The translations under genes were made by a program, and so were the position numbers. The notes beneath the pieces are model-generated. The model was not told the DNA's origin. It ran no database searches and saw only the letters and a program-made list of their open reading frames with translations. A DNA stretch of 60,777 nucleotides, counting the filler, from Stramenopiles sp. TOSAG23-2 (lineage: Eukaryota): assembly GCA_900128395.1 (NCBI GenBank). It is 4 parts of 4 records of this genome, joined end to end, with 100 filler letters (N's around TTAATTAATTAA, not from the genome) between each part and the next. Parts side by side here need not be neighbours in the genome. Positions count along the whole stretch, not along the records: positions 45,682 to 60,777 come from LT649728.1; 3 more parts are not named here. One strand, written 5' to 3'. Below are positions 58,801-60,777 of the stretch, piece by piece. How positions within the stretch are numbered: the stretch's first letter is position 1; each line of letters opens with the position of its first letter.

Positions 58801-60777
58801 GTTTTGCGGGTTGCAGCAGTCGTCGTGGAAATAAACCTCAAAGTAAATGCTACGTTCAAAAAGGAAATTACTTCGATATTGCCGGTGTAAATGGCGACAA
58901 TAAGAAAAAGCAAGTAGAACCACACGCATGGATGGGATATCACGCTAAAGCCGATCAGGCAACGCCATTGCCATTTCCAATCCTAGAGGAGCAAGTTCAT
59001 TGTAAATATCGATGGGAAGAATGGGGTGATTGTAACCGCGAAACAAAGCAAAAAACAAGGAAAATCATAATCGAAATGGAGGCTAGAAATGGTGGAGATA
59101 GATGTCCATCATCTACTCAAAGTAAAGCTTGTAAGCCACCTGCAGAAGACCCGCCTATAATCGATGACTATGTTTCTCCAGGAATCCCAGTTCCAGGATC
59201 TAATTCAAATTGTAAACAGATTAAGGTCGATGGTAAAACATATTACGGTACTGTTGCATCTGGATTTACACGTAAACAAGTTGTTGCTGGAGCTGATAAA
59301 TTGATCAGTTTACTTGGTATGGCTAGTGGATTCTTAGGTCCAGACATGGCTAAACAAGTAAACGATTGCAAAGATGATTACAAAGCAGATATTGTGAGAC
59401 AATTATTACCACGATGTGATGATAAATGCGAACCAATGAAGCAATGTAAATCTAGTTGTAAAGCACTTAAATCAAAATGTATACCATCATCATTACAAGG
59501 ATATTTCCCAATGGTAAAGAAAGGTGGTAGTATGCGTAGTATGCTTCCAATGATTGGATTAAGTGAAGGTGCGCCAGAATTAAAAGTAATTGATGCATGG
59601 TTAGAAAAATTGAATAAATGCAGATCTAAATATGTAACAAACGCAAAAGTATGCTTAAGTGCAGATTACGCAGGTGCAGCATGTAATCCATCCGTTACAC
59701 CAACACCAACACCAATTACACCAACACCAACACCAACACCAATTACGCCAACGCCAACACCAATTACACCAACACCAATTACACCATGCGCAATGCCAGC
59801 GTGTCCGACGGTAATGCCAAGACCAGGTTGCAAACGTGTACAGACTGATGAGAAGGACAGTAAAGGATGTCCAAAACATCCATGTGGTAAAGAGGTATGC
59901 AAAGAACCACCAACAGATACACCATCAACAGATTGTAAACAGATTACTGCTGATGGTAAAACATATTACGGTACTGTTGCATCTGGATTTACAAGTGAAC
60001 TAGTTGTTGCTGGAGCTGATAAATTCAATTACACCAACACCAGTTACACCAATTACACCATCAACAGATTGTAAACAGATTACTGCTGATGGTAAAACAT
60101 ATTACGGTACTGTTGCATCTGGATTTACACGTAAACAAGTTGTTGCTGGAGCTGATAAATTGATCAGTTTACTTGGTATGGCTAGTGGATTCTTAGGTCC
60201 AGACATGGCTAAACAAGTAAACGATTGCAAAGATGATTACAAAGCAGATATTGTGAGACAATTATTACCACGATGTGATGATAAATGTGAACCAATGAAG
60301 CAATGTAAATCTAGTTGTAAAGCACTTAAATCAAAATGTGTACCATCATCATTACAAGGATATTTCCCAATGGTAAAGAAAGGTGGTAGTATGCGTAGTA
60401 TGCTTCCAATGATTGGATTAAGTGAAGGTGCGCCAGAATTAAAAGTAATTGATGCATGGTTAGAAAAATTGAATAAATGCAGATCTAAATATGTAACAAA
60501 CGCAAAAGTATGCTTAAGTGCAGATTACGCAGGTGCAGCATGTAATCCATCCGTTACACCAACACCAACACCAATTACACCAACACCAACACCAACACCA
60601 ATTACGCCAACGCCAACACCAATTACACCAACACCAATTACACCAACACCAATTACACCAACACCAATTACACCAACACCAGTTACACCAATTACACCAT
60701 CAACAGATTGTAAACAGATTACTGCTGATGGTAAAACATATTACGGTACTGTTGCATCTGGATTTACAAGTGAACAA
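55842..60777 (+). CDS. Giant secreted modular protein (alpha/beta-hydrolase-like, amphipathic insert, TSP1-like, repeated Frizzled-like Cys domains, PT linkers); frameshift near 60025, runs off window end
   Basis: Signal peptide; YAHSSG, GAPFKG, CGTS..GL, DGIV...SC; WEEWGDC..RKII..RNGGDRC; repeated C..LLPRC..C..CKSSC units. Confidence 0.75.
59229..60644 (+). repeat. About 555-bp near-identical coding duplication (59229-59785 / 60088-60644), with partial copies near 59930 and 60705
   Basis: Near-identical nucleotide sequence, offset 859 nt. Confidence 0.9.

Overview
AT-rich, gene-dense, intron-poor eukaryotic DNA using the standard code, most plausibly from a heterotrophic protist (a stramenopile-like single-cell or metagenome assembly; this is inference). 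The window is four contigs (15138, 15130, 15113 and 15096 nt, in descending length) joined by artificial N44-TTAATTAATTAA-N44 linkers, so adjacency across linkers is meaningless. It holds about 28 protein genes: secreted hydrolases (GH18, GH27, S53), a GH2 beta-galactosidase, glycosyltransferases, a P450, a long bacterial-type GAPDH, LUC7, a PPR protein, a YqaJ nuclease, a B56-like protein, GBP, DSS1, Rpp14-like, a DSP and a selenoprotein thioredoxin reductase. There is also one TA-flanked IS630/Tc1-type element with 238-bp TIRs. Highlights: (1) an apparent fusion of a RAMA (putative methyladenine-reader) domain to TFIIE-beta, hidden by a poly-A frameshift; (2) a Cys-UGA-Gly TrxR with a clear type II SECIS and a long hairpin 6 nt after the UGA; (3) a giant secreted lipase-fold protein carrying a cationic 11-mer amphipathic repeat behind dibasic processing sites; (4) a LUC7 with both zinc fingers degenerate plus a RanBP2-type finger; (5) DSS1 and Rpp14 ORFs only 47 nt apart on the same strand. 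All family assignments come from motif recognition, not database searches.
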